Source of the DNA: Balanoglossus misakiensis
Lineage: Eukaryota; Animalia; Hemichordata
Direction: 5' to 3'
Length of the DNA stretch: 64,000 nt
Assembly (NCBI GenBank): GCA_040954595.2
Contig: CM082579.2
Coordinates: 244,922 to 308,921, forward strand
The position numbers and the translations under genes were made by a program. Shown in pieces: positions 15,001 through 26,306 of the stretch; positions within the stretch are counted from its first letter, which is position 1; each line of letters opens with the position of its first letter. Below the pieces are notes generated by a model that was not told the origin of the DNA, did not search any database, and worked only from the letters and a program-made list of their open reading frames with translations.

Positions 15001-16790
15001 TTATAGCTCAGGAAAATCGTCAAAAATCGACGATTTTGCGACTTCGGGAATTTTCGAAATTTGGTGATTTTTTGAAAAAATCATGGGTTATAGCTCAGGA
15101 AAATCGTCAAAAATCGACGATTTTGCGACTTCGGGAATTTTCGAAATTTGGTGATTTTTTGAAAAAATCATGGGTTATAGCTCAGGAAAATCGTCAAAAA
15201 TCGACGATTTTGCGACTTCGGGAATTTTCGAAATTTGGTGATTTTTTGAAAAAATCATGGGTTATAGCTCAGGAAAATCGTCAAAAATCGACGATTTTGC
15301 GACTTCGGGAATTTTCGAAATTTGGTGATTTTTTGAAAAAATCATGGGTTATAGCTCAGGAAAATCGTCAAAAATCGACGATTTTGCGACTTCGGGAATT
15401 TTCGAAATTTGGTGATTTTTTGAAAAAATCATGGGTTATAGCTCAGGAAAATCGTCAAAAATCGACGATTTTGCGACTTCGGGAATTTTCGAAATTTGGT
15501 GATTTTTTGAAAAAATCATGGGTTATAGCTCAGGAAAATCGTCAAAAATCGACGATTTTGCGACTTCGGGAATTTTCGAAATTTGGTGATTTTTTGAAAA
15601 AATCATGGGTTATAGCTCAGGAAAATCGTCAAAAATCGACGATTTTGCGACTTCGGGAATTTTCGAAATTTGGTGATTTTTTGAAAAAATCATGGGTTAT
15701 AGCTCAGGAAAATCGTCAAAAATCGACGATTTTGCGACTTCGGGAATTTTCGAAATTTGGTGATTTTTTGAAAAAATCATGGGTTATAGCTCAGGAAAAT
15801 CGTCAAAAATCGACGATTTTGCGACTTCGGGAATTTTCGAAATTTGGTGATTTTTTGAAAAAATCATGGGTTATAGCTCAGGAAAATCGTCAAAAATCGA
15901 CGATTTTGCGACTTCGGGAATTTTCGAAATTTGGTGATTTTTTGAAAAAATCATGGGTTATAGCTCAGGAAAATCGTCAAAAATCGACGATTTTGCGACT
16001 TCGGGAATTTTCGAAATTTGGTGATTTTTTGAAAAAAATCATGGGTTATAGCTCAGGAAAATCGTCAAAAATCGACGATTTTGCGACTTCGGGAATTTTC
16101 GAAATTTGGTGATTTTTTGAAAAAATCATGGGTTATAGCTCAGGAAAATCGTCAAAAATCGACGATTTTGCGACTTCGGGAATTTTCGAAATTTGGTGAT
16201 TTTTTGAAAAAATCATGGGTTATAGCTCAGGAAAATCGTCAAAAATCGACGATTTTGCGACTTCGGGAATTTTCGAAATTTGGTGATTTTTTGAAAAAAT
16301 CATGGGTTATAGCTCAGGAAAATCGTCAAAAATCGACGATTTTGCGACTTCGGGAATTTTCGAAATTTGGTGATTTTTTGAAAAAATCATGGGTTATAGC
16401 TCAGGAAAATCGTCAAAAATCGACGATTTTGCGACTTCGGGAATTTTCGAAATTTGGTCATTTTTTGAAAAAATCATGGGTTATAGCTCAGGAAAATCGT
16501 CAAAAATCGACGATTTTGCGACTTCGGGAATTTTCGAAATTTCGGGATTTTTTGAAAAAATCATGGGTTATAGCTCAGGAAAATCGTCAAAAATCGACGA
16601 TTTTGCGACTTCGGGAATTTTCGAAATTTGGTGATTTTTTGAAAAAATCATGGGTTATAGCTCAGGAAAATCGTCAAAAATCGACGATTTTGCGACTTCG
16701 GGAATTTTCGAAATTTGGTGATTTTTTGAAAAAAATCATTGGTTATAGCTCATGAAAATCTTCAAAATTCGCAAGTTCGGGAATTTATTA
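1..16790. repeat. Highly homogeneous 87-bp tandem satellite, ~192 copies, continuing past the left edge of the window
   Basis: Unit TCATGGGTTATAGCTCAGGAAAATCGTCAAAAATCGACGATTTTGCGACTTCGGGAATTTTCGAAATTTGGTGATTTTTTGAAAAAA (87 nt). Units start at 35 and the last, degenerate one starts at 16736. Copies differ by only a few SNPs and homopolymer indels. Confidence 0.99.
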
Positions 16791-16793
16791 TTG

Positions 16794-16823
16794 TTGACCA
16801 TTTTCATGAGCTATAACCCATGA
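16794..16823 (-). repeat. Inverted 30-bp copy of the first part of the satellite unit, capping the array
   Basis: Reverse complement reads TCATGGGTTATAGCTCATGAAAATGGTCAA versus unit TCATGGGTTATAGCTCAGGAAAATCGTCAA (2 mismatches). Confidence 0.95.
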
Positions 16824-16887
16824 AAAACGTCCTGAAATGTCCAAAACACCAAGATTCTCACCCCATAGTTTCTTGCCCTGTTTAAAG

Positions 16888-19800
16888 CATGGAACACAGT
16901 AACTGGAAATGGGAACGCCGTGGACGCTGTCGAGGATGGCTGCAATGTCTGTGAAATGGAACCATCTCTTTGCAGATATAGCGTGGGATTTGGTAACAAG
17001 TAAGACAATTAATTCTGTGTCGAGTGTGAACGAAGTATAAAGCTTGCATCATTACACAAAACATATTCGTGTGTATTCATTTATGTATTCTCAAAGTACA
17101 TCATTTGTTGGAAATCGAATTTGGAGAAATTTAAAACGTTTCTAAATGTCCACTGCGGCAAAATATTGGCAAAATACTAAAACCTCCACAAGCTATATAT
17201 TATCACATATCATTCTGACGTGACTCTAATGCGTCAATGTGTTCAGTTTGAGTTGTAGCTTTTCATTTATTTTCCAGAATTGATGACACAGGAGAGCCAA
17301 CCTTGGATGCAATGATTATGGACGGGTAGGTATGTGTGTGTGTGTGTCAGGGGGGGTGGGGGGTGCGTGCACGTATGTGGGATGTATATGTGAATGCGGG
17401 CGTGCGTGCATGTGCTTATAATTATTACCTAAGAACAAGTGACAGACAGGTATATTGCATAATTTTTGATAATGTGTGTTTTTATTGATCATTTGACGTC
17501 TCAAGAACTCACCTTAACTTGAGTCCCTTTGATCTTCCAAGCGTCACTCACGATGTAGGCGCTGTTGGTTGTTTAAGACGCGTGAAGAAAGCTATATCAG
17601 CAGCCAGGATGGTGATGGAGCATACGAAACACACCCTGTTGGCCGGTAACTCAGGTCAGAATTGCCTCAGTCTGGAATCCATATCTGGCGAGTTAGACAT
17701 TACCTATAGCAATTATTATCAGGGATATTTTATGGGTTTCGTGGTGATACGAATGCGTCACACTGGTTGTCACTTTTTTACGACAGTAAGAAGTTTCAAT
17801 AACTGATTTATTCTGTCTATTCGTCGACTCGATTAAATTCTAACGGAAACTACCGCACGCGCGACTTCTCATGATTAATATCACAAATTTAGCACAATGT
17901 TTAGAGTCTGATTTAATTTGAGTCAATCTGGAAAAATACTTCACTTTCAGCGTCGGCTTTTGCACAAACATTTGGTGGTCTGCAGAACGAAAGTCTGGAA
18001 ACTGACAGAACACGGTAGATATTGTTCTTTTTTACAGTCCCATAAAGTTTTCCGGCTCCATTTCAGGTCTGTACTTAAGTGTTCAGTGTCGGAGCTTCCA
18101 AGTATCATGACAGACATGGCAAAATATTAATGAAATTTCACAAAATATAACCATTTGGGATAAGATACAGGTTTTATCTGGTTTTCAGAGACAACTTTGA
18201 AAGATGGAGCAATGCTTCGTGTCAGCCAAATTTCTGGGAGGTGAGTCTCATGTTTTAATGAAAATGGTAGGTTTGACCAAAGACAGTAGAAAAGAAATTT
18301 ACAATTTATTTTTCTAAATTTCATATTGGTTTTTAAGAAAAGGGTTATTTTTAATTACAATGAATTGGTAATACTTCGATATGCAAGTGAAAATGCTTTC
18401 AATACTGCAATGTGTTGAAAAAAATAGTGTGTAACTTTCTGTTTAGAATGTGACCCCTGACCCAACAAACAGCTGTGGTCCATTTTCCCCAAGCCAGCCT
18501 ACAAGTACGGAAATACCGGCTGAACTGGATATAAATGACCATGACACAATAGGTAGGAACATTGAACTGTCAGACAATTCTTACATTATAAACAGCGACG
18601 ATCGTCTTAAGCGCATGTGTCAAACCAGAGACTCTAATTACTCTGGCAATTCAAACAAATTTAAATGTCACACATTGCTTCAAGCAAGCACACTTGTCAA
18701 TAAATCGTATTCATTCTCCAAGGGAGAATAACAATGCAGTATATGTTCAACTCTATACATGTAATAGGCATGGTAGTTGTTGACGGTGAAAGCAATCTGG
18801 CGTGTGGAACATCAACCAACGGTCTGTCTTACAAGATAGCTGGGTATGTCAATACAGCTCCATTCACACATCAGTAGAGAGACCTACACGGGTCAAGCAA
18901 TTTGTGTTATGAGGGTTTGGAGAGGAACATCATGAACTTTTCTCGTTCAAGTTTTAGGCGTAGGGACAGGGGGCACCAATGCTGAAGTAAGAGCAGGGGG
19001 AATAGATGTAATTACACATTTTTTATTGAGCGTGTGATTTACTCGGGCGAGTAATATTCTCGAGGATGCACATAACTTCGTGGAATTAGATCTTTTTGGA
19101 CGACAGAACCTTGCCCTAGTAATGCATGTGATGCACATATCGTACCGTACCATACCATCCTTCAGCTTTAGGCGAGAAATAAATGAATTTATTATTGACA
19201 GGCGTGTTGGCGACTCCCCAATTGTTGGCGCTGGTTGCTACGTAGACAACGATGTTGGGGGCGCTGCCGCAACCGGAAACGGAGACATCATGATCAGGTT
19301 GCTTCCAAGGTAAAATATTTACCGTGTTTTTTTTTTTACCGTACAATGTCACAGGATTTTAAGTAACATTATTAGAAATGTAAGATCTTCACTGGATCAT
19401 TGAAACCGTATAGAACGGAGAGCTTTGTTTATAAAAAGTTTTGTATTGCTCACAAAGTCTATTAAGAATGTAAATTCGGATTTTATTAAACGACATCATT
19501 TTTTATACCCCATTTTCATTGGATATTATTTAGTTATCAGGCAGTTGAGAACATGCGCCGCGGAATGACACCGACAGAAGCTGTTGCAGATGCTTTGAGC
19601 AGAATTGCTTACAAATATAATGACTTTGGGGGTGCAGTGATTGCTGTAAATAAAGAAGGCGAATACGGTAAGGATGCAGGGTCATTTGTTTCAATATTGG
19701 CATTTCATACTGCGTGTCCATATTGTGGGTCACTGCCTTTTAATTACAAGCAACGTGTACTGACGGTACACAGGAGAAATGCAGCGAAATGCTTCTCGTT

Positions 19801-20018
19801 AATACATATGTGTTTTTGTTGTTGTTTCTAAAGGCGTTGCATGCTACGGATACAGTTCTTTTCCTTTCACCTACCGAACATCTTCAATGATAAATATCAC
19901 AGTGGAAGAAGTGGAGTGTACAGTGAAAGCCGAGAAACCATCCATTGGTTTCGGCAATGTAATCCAATCAAATACTTTAGTGTGGCTGGTTTTGGCTTTT
20001 TATACGTTATTCCTGTAA
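16888..20018 (+). CDS. AGA: N(4)-(beta-N-acetylglucosaminyl)-L-asparaginase (aspartylglucosaminidase)-like Ntn hydrolase, 5'-partial (exon 1 not in window)
   Basis: Ten phase-compatible GT-AG exons: 16888-16999, 17278-17325, 17542-17654, 17951-18014, 18189-18240, 18447-18552, 18768-18843, 19202-19309, 19534-19667, 19834-20018. Motifs: [39 protein letters not shown], autoproteolytic HD|[40 protein letters not shown]. An in-frame TAG at 16866 precedes the first visible exon, so an upstream exon is required. Confidence 0.95.
17331..17412 (+). repeat. Imperfect (TG)n/G-rich simple repeat in an AGA intron
   Basis: tatgtgtgtgtgtgtgtcagggggggtggggggtgcgtgc..., read directly. Confidence 0.8.
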
Positions 20019-21773
20019 ATATTTGACATCAAAGGAACATTCACTCATATAATTGTTTCACGAAGTGTGAACCCGTGGAAATCTTCTAATAATTATGATA
20101 ATGTTTGCAAGGTTGATGGTGCAAGACAGAACTTTGTATTGCAGAATGATTTCTTGTTATTGTACGTTTTATTTACTCACATATACTAAACCGAAAATTG
20201 GTTGGTCGCGTCTATCACGTGACGATAAGTTGCAGTTACGGAAGCCCCTGTGATTGCAAAATAAAAAAGCTGATATAAAATTCTTTTCCACATGCGGCTA
20301 CAAGTACCTGATGTTTTTTTAAACCTACTAGTGTATTTCTTATCAAAGACAACACAGAAAGCCACTAACTACATATTTTCATAAATGTAAACTGATATAA
20401 AGAATTCTTGGTTTGAAATGGTTCTTTGTACGTGAGTTAAACGAAAAGGCAAACAAAAATATCGTTGGGGGCGCTGCCCAGTACCAGTATGTCTATCCAC
20501 AGTCATATGTACTCCATTGACGTGACACAGAAAATGCTCCGGGGTCTATACATGAACTGGTGGTGTGGGTTTAAATTTCTGATTCACGTTGAATTTCGTA
20601 TAAAAAACACAACTAGAAAACCCAGACATTTTTTCATTTGTCTTAATCTTAGTAAACGTTCTAGATCTCACCACATAAATGAAGGGAATGCACTTTTAAA
20701 CCAAGGCTGTTCAATGTGGAATCCGAAACACACACAGATCATCCATGATTATGGTCACAGAGTATTTATTTTCAATAGGATTAATTGGTACATCTCATGA
20801 CTGCATTTCTGATAAATCCAACACAGCAGCAAATACTGATGACAGACTCCTGAACCAAATTGATTCCAATCACTCTCCCCTCATGTTTGGCAAATTGGTA
20901 TATTAAAGTAGAATGAATCTGTTTTCTGGTACAAAGCTTTAACCCAAGACTCCATACGGTGCCTATACAAGTATTGCCATAGCAACAATAACACTGTATT
21001 TCCATACAAAGGTTGCTACAAAGAAATGTAATCATGATCTCACCAATATTTTGCTACTGATCGATGTAATCACTAATTGCATTCACAAACACAAATATTT
21101 AAATATTCAGTGAATCCTCCCATTCAACATTCCGCTGTAAATGGTTCTAGTATCACACACAGGGCAAGATAATCATAATATGAATGAAACCTGACATAAC
21201 CAGTAACTTCCAATTACTATATTGATGCAATTGGACACAAAGCATGATTGTATTAAATCTATCCTGCTGAAATGTTTGATTCTAAACATACAGCTGACTT
21301 CAACACTAAATGTGAAGATCTGAATTGAAGGCCCAAGGCCTCACAGCTTCTATTCTCAATCCCTGTGCATCTCTTAAAGCCTCTATTCCCATTCCTGTGT
21401 ATGACTTAGAGGCCACATTGTCAATCCATGCTACCAATAACAAATGTGACACATTTTGGTATCTTATATGGATGTTTACATTACCTTATTCCACAACACC
21501 AAATGCAAGTAAACTATATTCACACAATATGAGAGTACAACATCCCTGTAAAATATAGGGTACAGTTTGTGGTGTAGTTCCACAGTGATTGTAAATTGAA
21601 AAGAAAATGTGCAATGTACTCAACTTTAGTAGAACGAATATGTACATGATAAAGTGATATTCATGAATTTAGAATAGAAGATAAATCATCTTTGTTTTGT
21701 TGCATTCCATGCAAATAATATGTACAATATGTTGCCATCATCCACAAGGCAGGTCTTTTTCTTTATATAGAAC

Positions 21774-24762
21774 TCATGTAAGTGGTTGTTTTTCCGGTTG
21801 TGGTGGCGCTGTTGCCCCCACCACTGGGGCCAGTGTCGATGGTGTTAAACTGGTTGCTTGGTATGGAGGAGCAGGAAAGTTGGGTGGAGCATAAATGGTA
21901 TATGGGGGCGGAGCTACGGACTGGGGATAAGGATTGGTGTAGGAGGAGACATCTTGTACATACTGATCTCCTCTGATTGGCTGGATGACTACTGTGCCAC
22001 CTGGTGGAATGGTGGAGCCAATGATTGCTGGGGTCATTCCGCCTTGGTAGACCACAACATGCTGCAGCTAAAATGGCAGAATAAAATGGTGAACTTCAGT
22101 CTGGTAACACCATTGATATCACACACTGGGTTTTTATTTGAGAGAGTCAAGGGGAATACCAATTCTGCTGGTATAGTAGTTATCTACTTTTAACACATGG
22201 TCATCTATTTTGGGATACACTCATTTACTTTTTGCTGACTCATATGCGTTAAAAACATTAGAAAATATTAAAGAACATGCACTATATCTCTGATGTTTCT
22301 GCAATAAAATCTCAGTGTATTGGTGGGCAGGTAGCCAAATGAGCATTGCCCAAAAGAGATGAGTGTGTGTTTTTGTGTACTGACACAACTGCATGAACTG
22401 CACTATATTATCTATGATGGATAGATTTTCATTACAAAAGTTTAGCTACAACATTACAAGTTGTATCAACTTACCGGTCTGGAAATATCTTGAAGTCGTC
22501 CCCTTCCTGCTTTCAGTTCCTGATACTGAGATATCACACAAAGAACACAGTACACCTGTAAGACACAAGATAGAAACAATCATGTATGTGATAATGAAAC
22601 AAAGGGGAAAATTCATTCAGTTAGCTCTATTGAAAGAGTCATGTAAGTGTCTTGTAATATTTTTAAGTGTTGGATTGAAGAGTGGGTTATGTATATATTG
22701 TTAAAAGCACAAGTTTCTTCTGAAAATTTGAGCTAGTAAGTACTCACATTAAGAATGGTACGTCCAATGTAGAACACTAACTCAAAGAGAGAAAACCAGT
22801 ACGTGTTTCCCAAGTCCTATTGTTAGAAAAGAAAGAAATTCAACTAAGATGGAATTCTCTTGACACAAAAGAGATACATAATGCTATCTAAAAAAAAGGA
22901 TTATTAAATATTCTTAAATTATCATCCTTTGCCAATATCAACGAATATAAAAGTATATCAAAGACAAAAAAAGGGGAACACAAACATATGGCAAATATTG
23001 CTATTAGCAAAGGTTTACTTCAGACTTACAGATTCCACAAAGATGTAAACAGTGCAAGCCAATTCCAGCAACATGAACAATATCAAGGCATGTATCCATG
23101 GCAATAGCATGGCTGCATTGTCCTAGATATAATACATGAATTCAAAAATAGAAATTCAAAATAAGATCTGTGTACATCTGTTCTGACATCTTTAAAATTC
23201 AGTTCTCATATATTGTCTTAACATATCATAAAAATATTTATGAGGTGAAAGGCTTCAAAATTCATCATAAAGAGACAGAAAATCACCCATCCATTTTGAG
23301 TCTGTTGATTTCATTCAAAAGACACCGTTCACCTTACACACAGAAATTTATTGGAATGGAGCATGATAAGATATATCACCATAGCAACTACACTACTTCA
23401 CCAACAGTTGCTTTTAGGATTATATGACTTCACTGCAGGGAAATTGAGATAACGGCCACACATATTGCATATCATATTTTATTCATTGTCTGAGTTGTTG
23501 TATTCAATAATTTGTGCTGTTGCAGAAGAATATGCTGTCCACCTAGTTGGATCATATATCAGAATTAAATATTGATACTTGAAGTTGTATGACTATTGGC
23601 ATTGAAATGAAACTTGAAGCAAAAGTTTGATGAATGAAGAGAAACACAAATACTCACCTTATGAACACCAACAATGAGTACAATGGACACAGTGGCTATG
23701 AGAATGTACATAGCCAACATCACATAAAAGAGAACACGCAAACCTGCCAATGCAATTGAAAAATGGGTGAAACTACACAGATATACAGAGGCCATGGTGC
23801 AGATAACTACTGCCAAGATTCCAAACTGGCTCGTTGGAAATCTACATGTTATGTAGATAAATGAAAGTAGGAGATTTCTGCTAGCCGTCTTCCCCTATCT
23901 GTCGGTCATATCAAATATGTTACATTTCCTAAACAACACTAAGTTTTCAAATATTGCTGATTGAAGTGAGAAGCAAAAGACAGATAATAAAATGTATATG
24001 TTTATCATATGAGTACCAATTAACATCTAACAAGTATCAATAAATACAACAATGATGACAAGTTTGCTACTGAGAATTTATATTTAGTCATGCAATTTCT
24101 CTATGCAAATAATTTTACCTTTGGCCTGATACTCTGTAATTTCATCCATCTCATATCTGCCATAATACACAACATTGTACAGATCAATGGCAATGCAAAT
24201 CAAGGAAAATATCTGTCAAAAGGAAAAACAAGACAAGAAACTTTGCAACTTCTTTGTGAAGTGAAACCTTAACACATTTCTGCACAGAATCAACGAGATT
24301 GGATGGCAATCCTTCCTCTTTGTAAATCACCGTGACCTTTGACCGGAGTAAACCAGAAAACATGAAGGTCATGATGAGGACAAGCCAAGAAGACATCATT
24401 AAACTAAAATGAACCAGAAAATTCTCCGTGTCCTTCTGAATATCACGTTTTATCGCCAACATGAGAGCAACAAGATCAGTAACTCAAATTTTGATGTCGG
24501 CCAATATTGAACATTCACTTTCCATTTTGATGTTGATGATGCATGTTGCCTGTCCGATAGAGCACAGAAAGCGACTGATTGTTTGAGTAATTATTTAGAG
24601 GAAACTACCTACGGCGTGTATATTGCCACGAATGCCTGTAAAATAAGAATATTGCGTCTACTTTCGATTAGCAACATAGCTACTCACTAGTGTGTATATG
24701 CCGCTGGCCAGTGATCCTGATCGGACATTGTTCCAGCAACAACACTGTCTCAGGATCGCCAT
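21774..24762 (-). CDS. Four-transmembrane protein of the DUF4728/LAPTM-like group with a proline-rich, PPxY-containing C-terminal tail
   Basis: Six exons, all joined in phase 0: 24762-24688 (MAILRQCCCWNNVRSGSLASGIYTL), 23825-23658, 23122-23030 (DNAAMLLPW...), 22816-22748, 22555-22475 (VYCVLCVISQYQELKAGRG), 22067-21774 (APPPY, APPY). The N-terminal CCC, LLPW and CVxSxYQEL pattern is typical of this group. Family assignment is by recollection of motifs. Confidence 0.8.
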
Positions 24763-25230
24763 CTTTGCTCCCCCTCTGTTGATGTCTCGATGTGATCTTC
24801 CTCAGATAGATACCGAAGAATGTGAGACAGAAGACGGTCGATTTAGTGCAGCTGCACCAGATCTAATGTCAGATGTCTCGATTTTTCCCCCGAACGCTGC
24901 TGTTTGACGTCACACGGATACAGCAAAAAATACTGATGTTGCTGGATGCTTTACTGATGCGGACGTTTCGCACACTGCCCTCTAGTGTCGATTTGATGCA
25001 TTTGTATTAACTTCGAAAGCGCGTCACACTATCGCCAAAGTATTTATAAATATGCCCTATAATGGGGTGCACCGTGGACATACAATAAAATAAATAATAC
25101 ATTTATTCATACGCATCACGATATCAAAATTGCATCGTTCTCCAGAGATGTCTTTATCCATTATACAACGCGTCTGTTTTAGGCCCTTATAGTTCACCGT
25201 CTTTGACCTGCGTTGGTGCCGCAAGCAACA

Positions 25231-25244
25231 GTTGTCATAGCAAC
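25231..25244. promoter_or_regulatory. RFX X-box-like palindrome between divergent genes
   Basis: GTTGTCATAGCAAC fits the RFX X-box pattern. It lies ~470 bp from the four-TM gene ATG and ~1.06 kb upstream of the 412-aa ORF. Confidence 0.5.
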
Positions 25245-26306
25245 ACCAATCCGGGCTAGCTGGCCACCAAGTATTTGGCACAATCATTTAAACCCAGACT
25301 CCTTTACTTTGTTCATTTACGGCCTTCGTAATTGCAAAACAACTGGAACGGACTGATTTCCAGGCATGTGGTAAAGGATCTTGAAAACACGAAAAGAAAG
25401 ATCCATTGCTTTCTAGATGAATAACCAGGGTCAAGACAATCTTTCTTTTCTTTCCTTCCCTTTTTCTGGCGACACAAGGGATTACTGTTCAAGTCCTGGG
25501 ACATCTCGGGCCAAGGTACATTTAATATAGACATGTCCAAAGCCACCGTAAAGGGATATTTAAGACTGTGTATTGTGGAGATCACAAAAGGTACACATCA
25601 CTCGACTGTTAAAGGGTAGTAAAAGACTCGTCGTGGAAGACTAGTACTGTCCTGGGGGACAGACCAATGGGATTTGTTGGCACGAATACACAAGCGTTGT
25701 GAAGTCATAATCAATGAGGCGTGAGGGGAAATCAATGGGCTAGTATGAAGGGGCGACATAGACTATGAAAAGAAGCAAGATGAGAGAGGGCAATGTTAGC
25801 TTTGTTCGGCCACTAGGTGTTCGCACTAACTTGTTGGTTGACGACGTGCGCATATCGGTGTGTTCAATAATCTGTCTGTAAGCCTACATGTGGTTACTAT
25901 GGAGCTGAGTGGTGACGCGTCTGTTCAAATCGGGCTGATTTTCTACTCAATTCAGGGAGACAGTTACCTCCAGGCCAAACTGTGAGATGTTGCTACAATA
26001 GTTGGATGACCGTGTGGTGGCGACAACACCAGGTAGATTCCAACCTTACAATTTCGACTTCCCTAGGTGTACCAATTGCACGCCTAATGTACTGGTGGAA
26101 CCCCTAGCTTTTACTGTTTGCACAAGTAATTGAGTTTACACTGCAGTGACAAGCAACCAGCCAAACAATCAGTATGACACCACGATATTCATGACCACTG
26201 AATATGGTTCCTGGCTATGTACATGACAACACTTCACAAGAGACTGTGGTCACCGTGATCTCGCGGTTCAGATTTTGAAACTCTCGCGAAAGCATGCCCT
26301 AAAACA

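Noticed and set aside
26-16755. Giant 29-aa-repeat ORFs (926, 2239, 737 aa and others) as a repetitive protein gene
   Set aside because: 87 is divisible by 3, so one stop-free frame repeats automatically. The open frame has no ATG, the variants show no synonymous bias, frameshifts are frequent and there is no unique N- or C-terminal domain.
1-16790. CRISPR array or telomeric repeat
   Set aside because: No unique spacers, no cas genes and a eukaryotic context. The unit has only a single GGGTTA, not TTAGGG arrays.
24450-24635. Possible extra small exons (24635-24613 and from 24549) in intron 1 of the four-TM gene
   Set aside because: The splice-like signals lead to an early stop, and exon 1 already joins 23825 cleanly in phase 0.
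24972-24990. CTCF-like motif (ACACTAGAGGGCAGT, minus strand) and similar GCCAC-GAGGGCGCT words at ~41849 and ~44323
   Set aside because: Isolated imperfect matches that cannot be supported from sequence alone.
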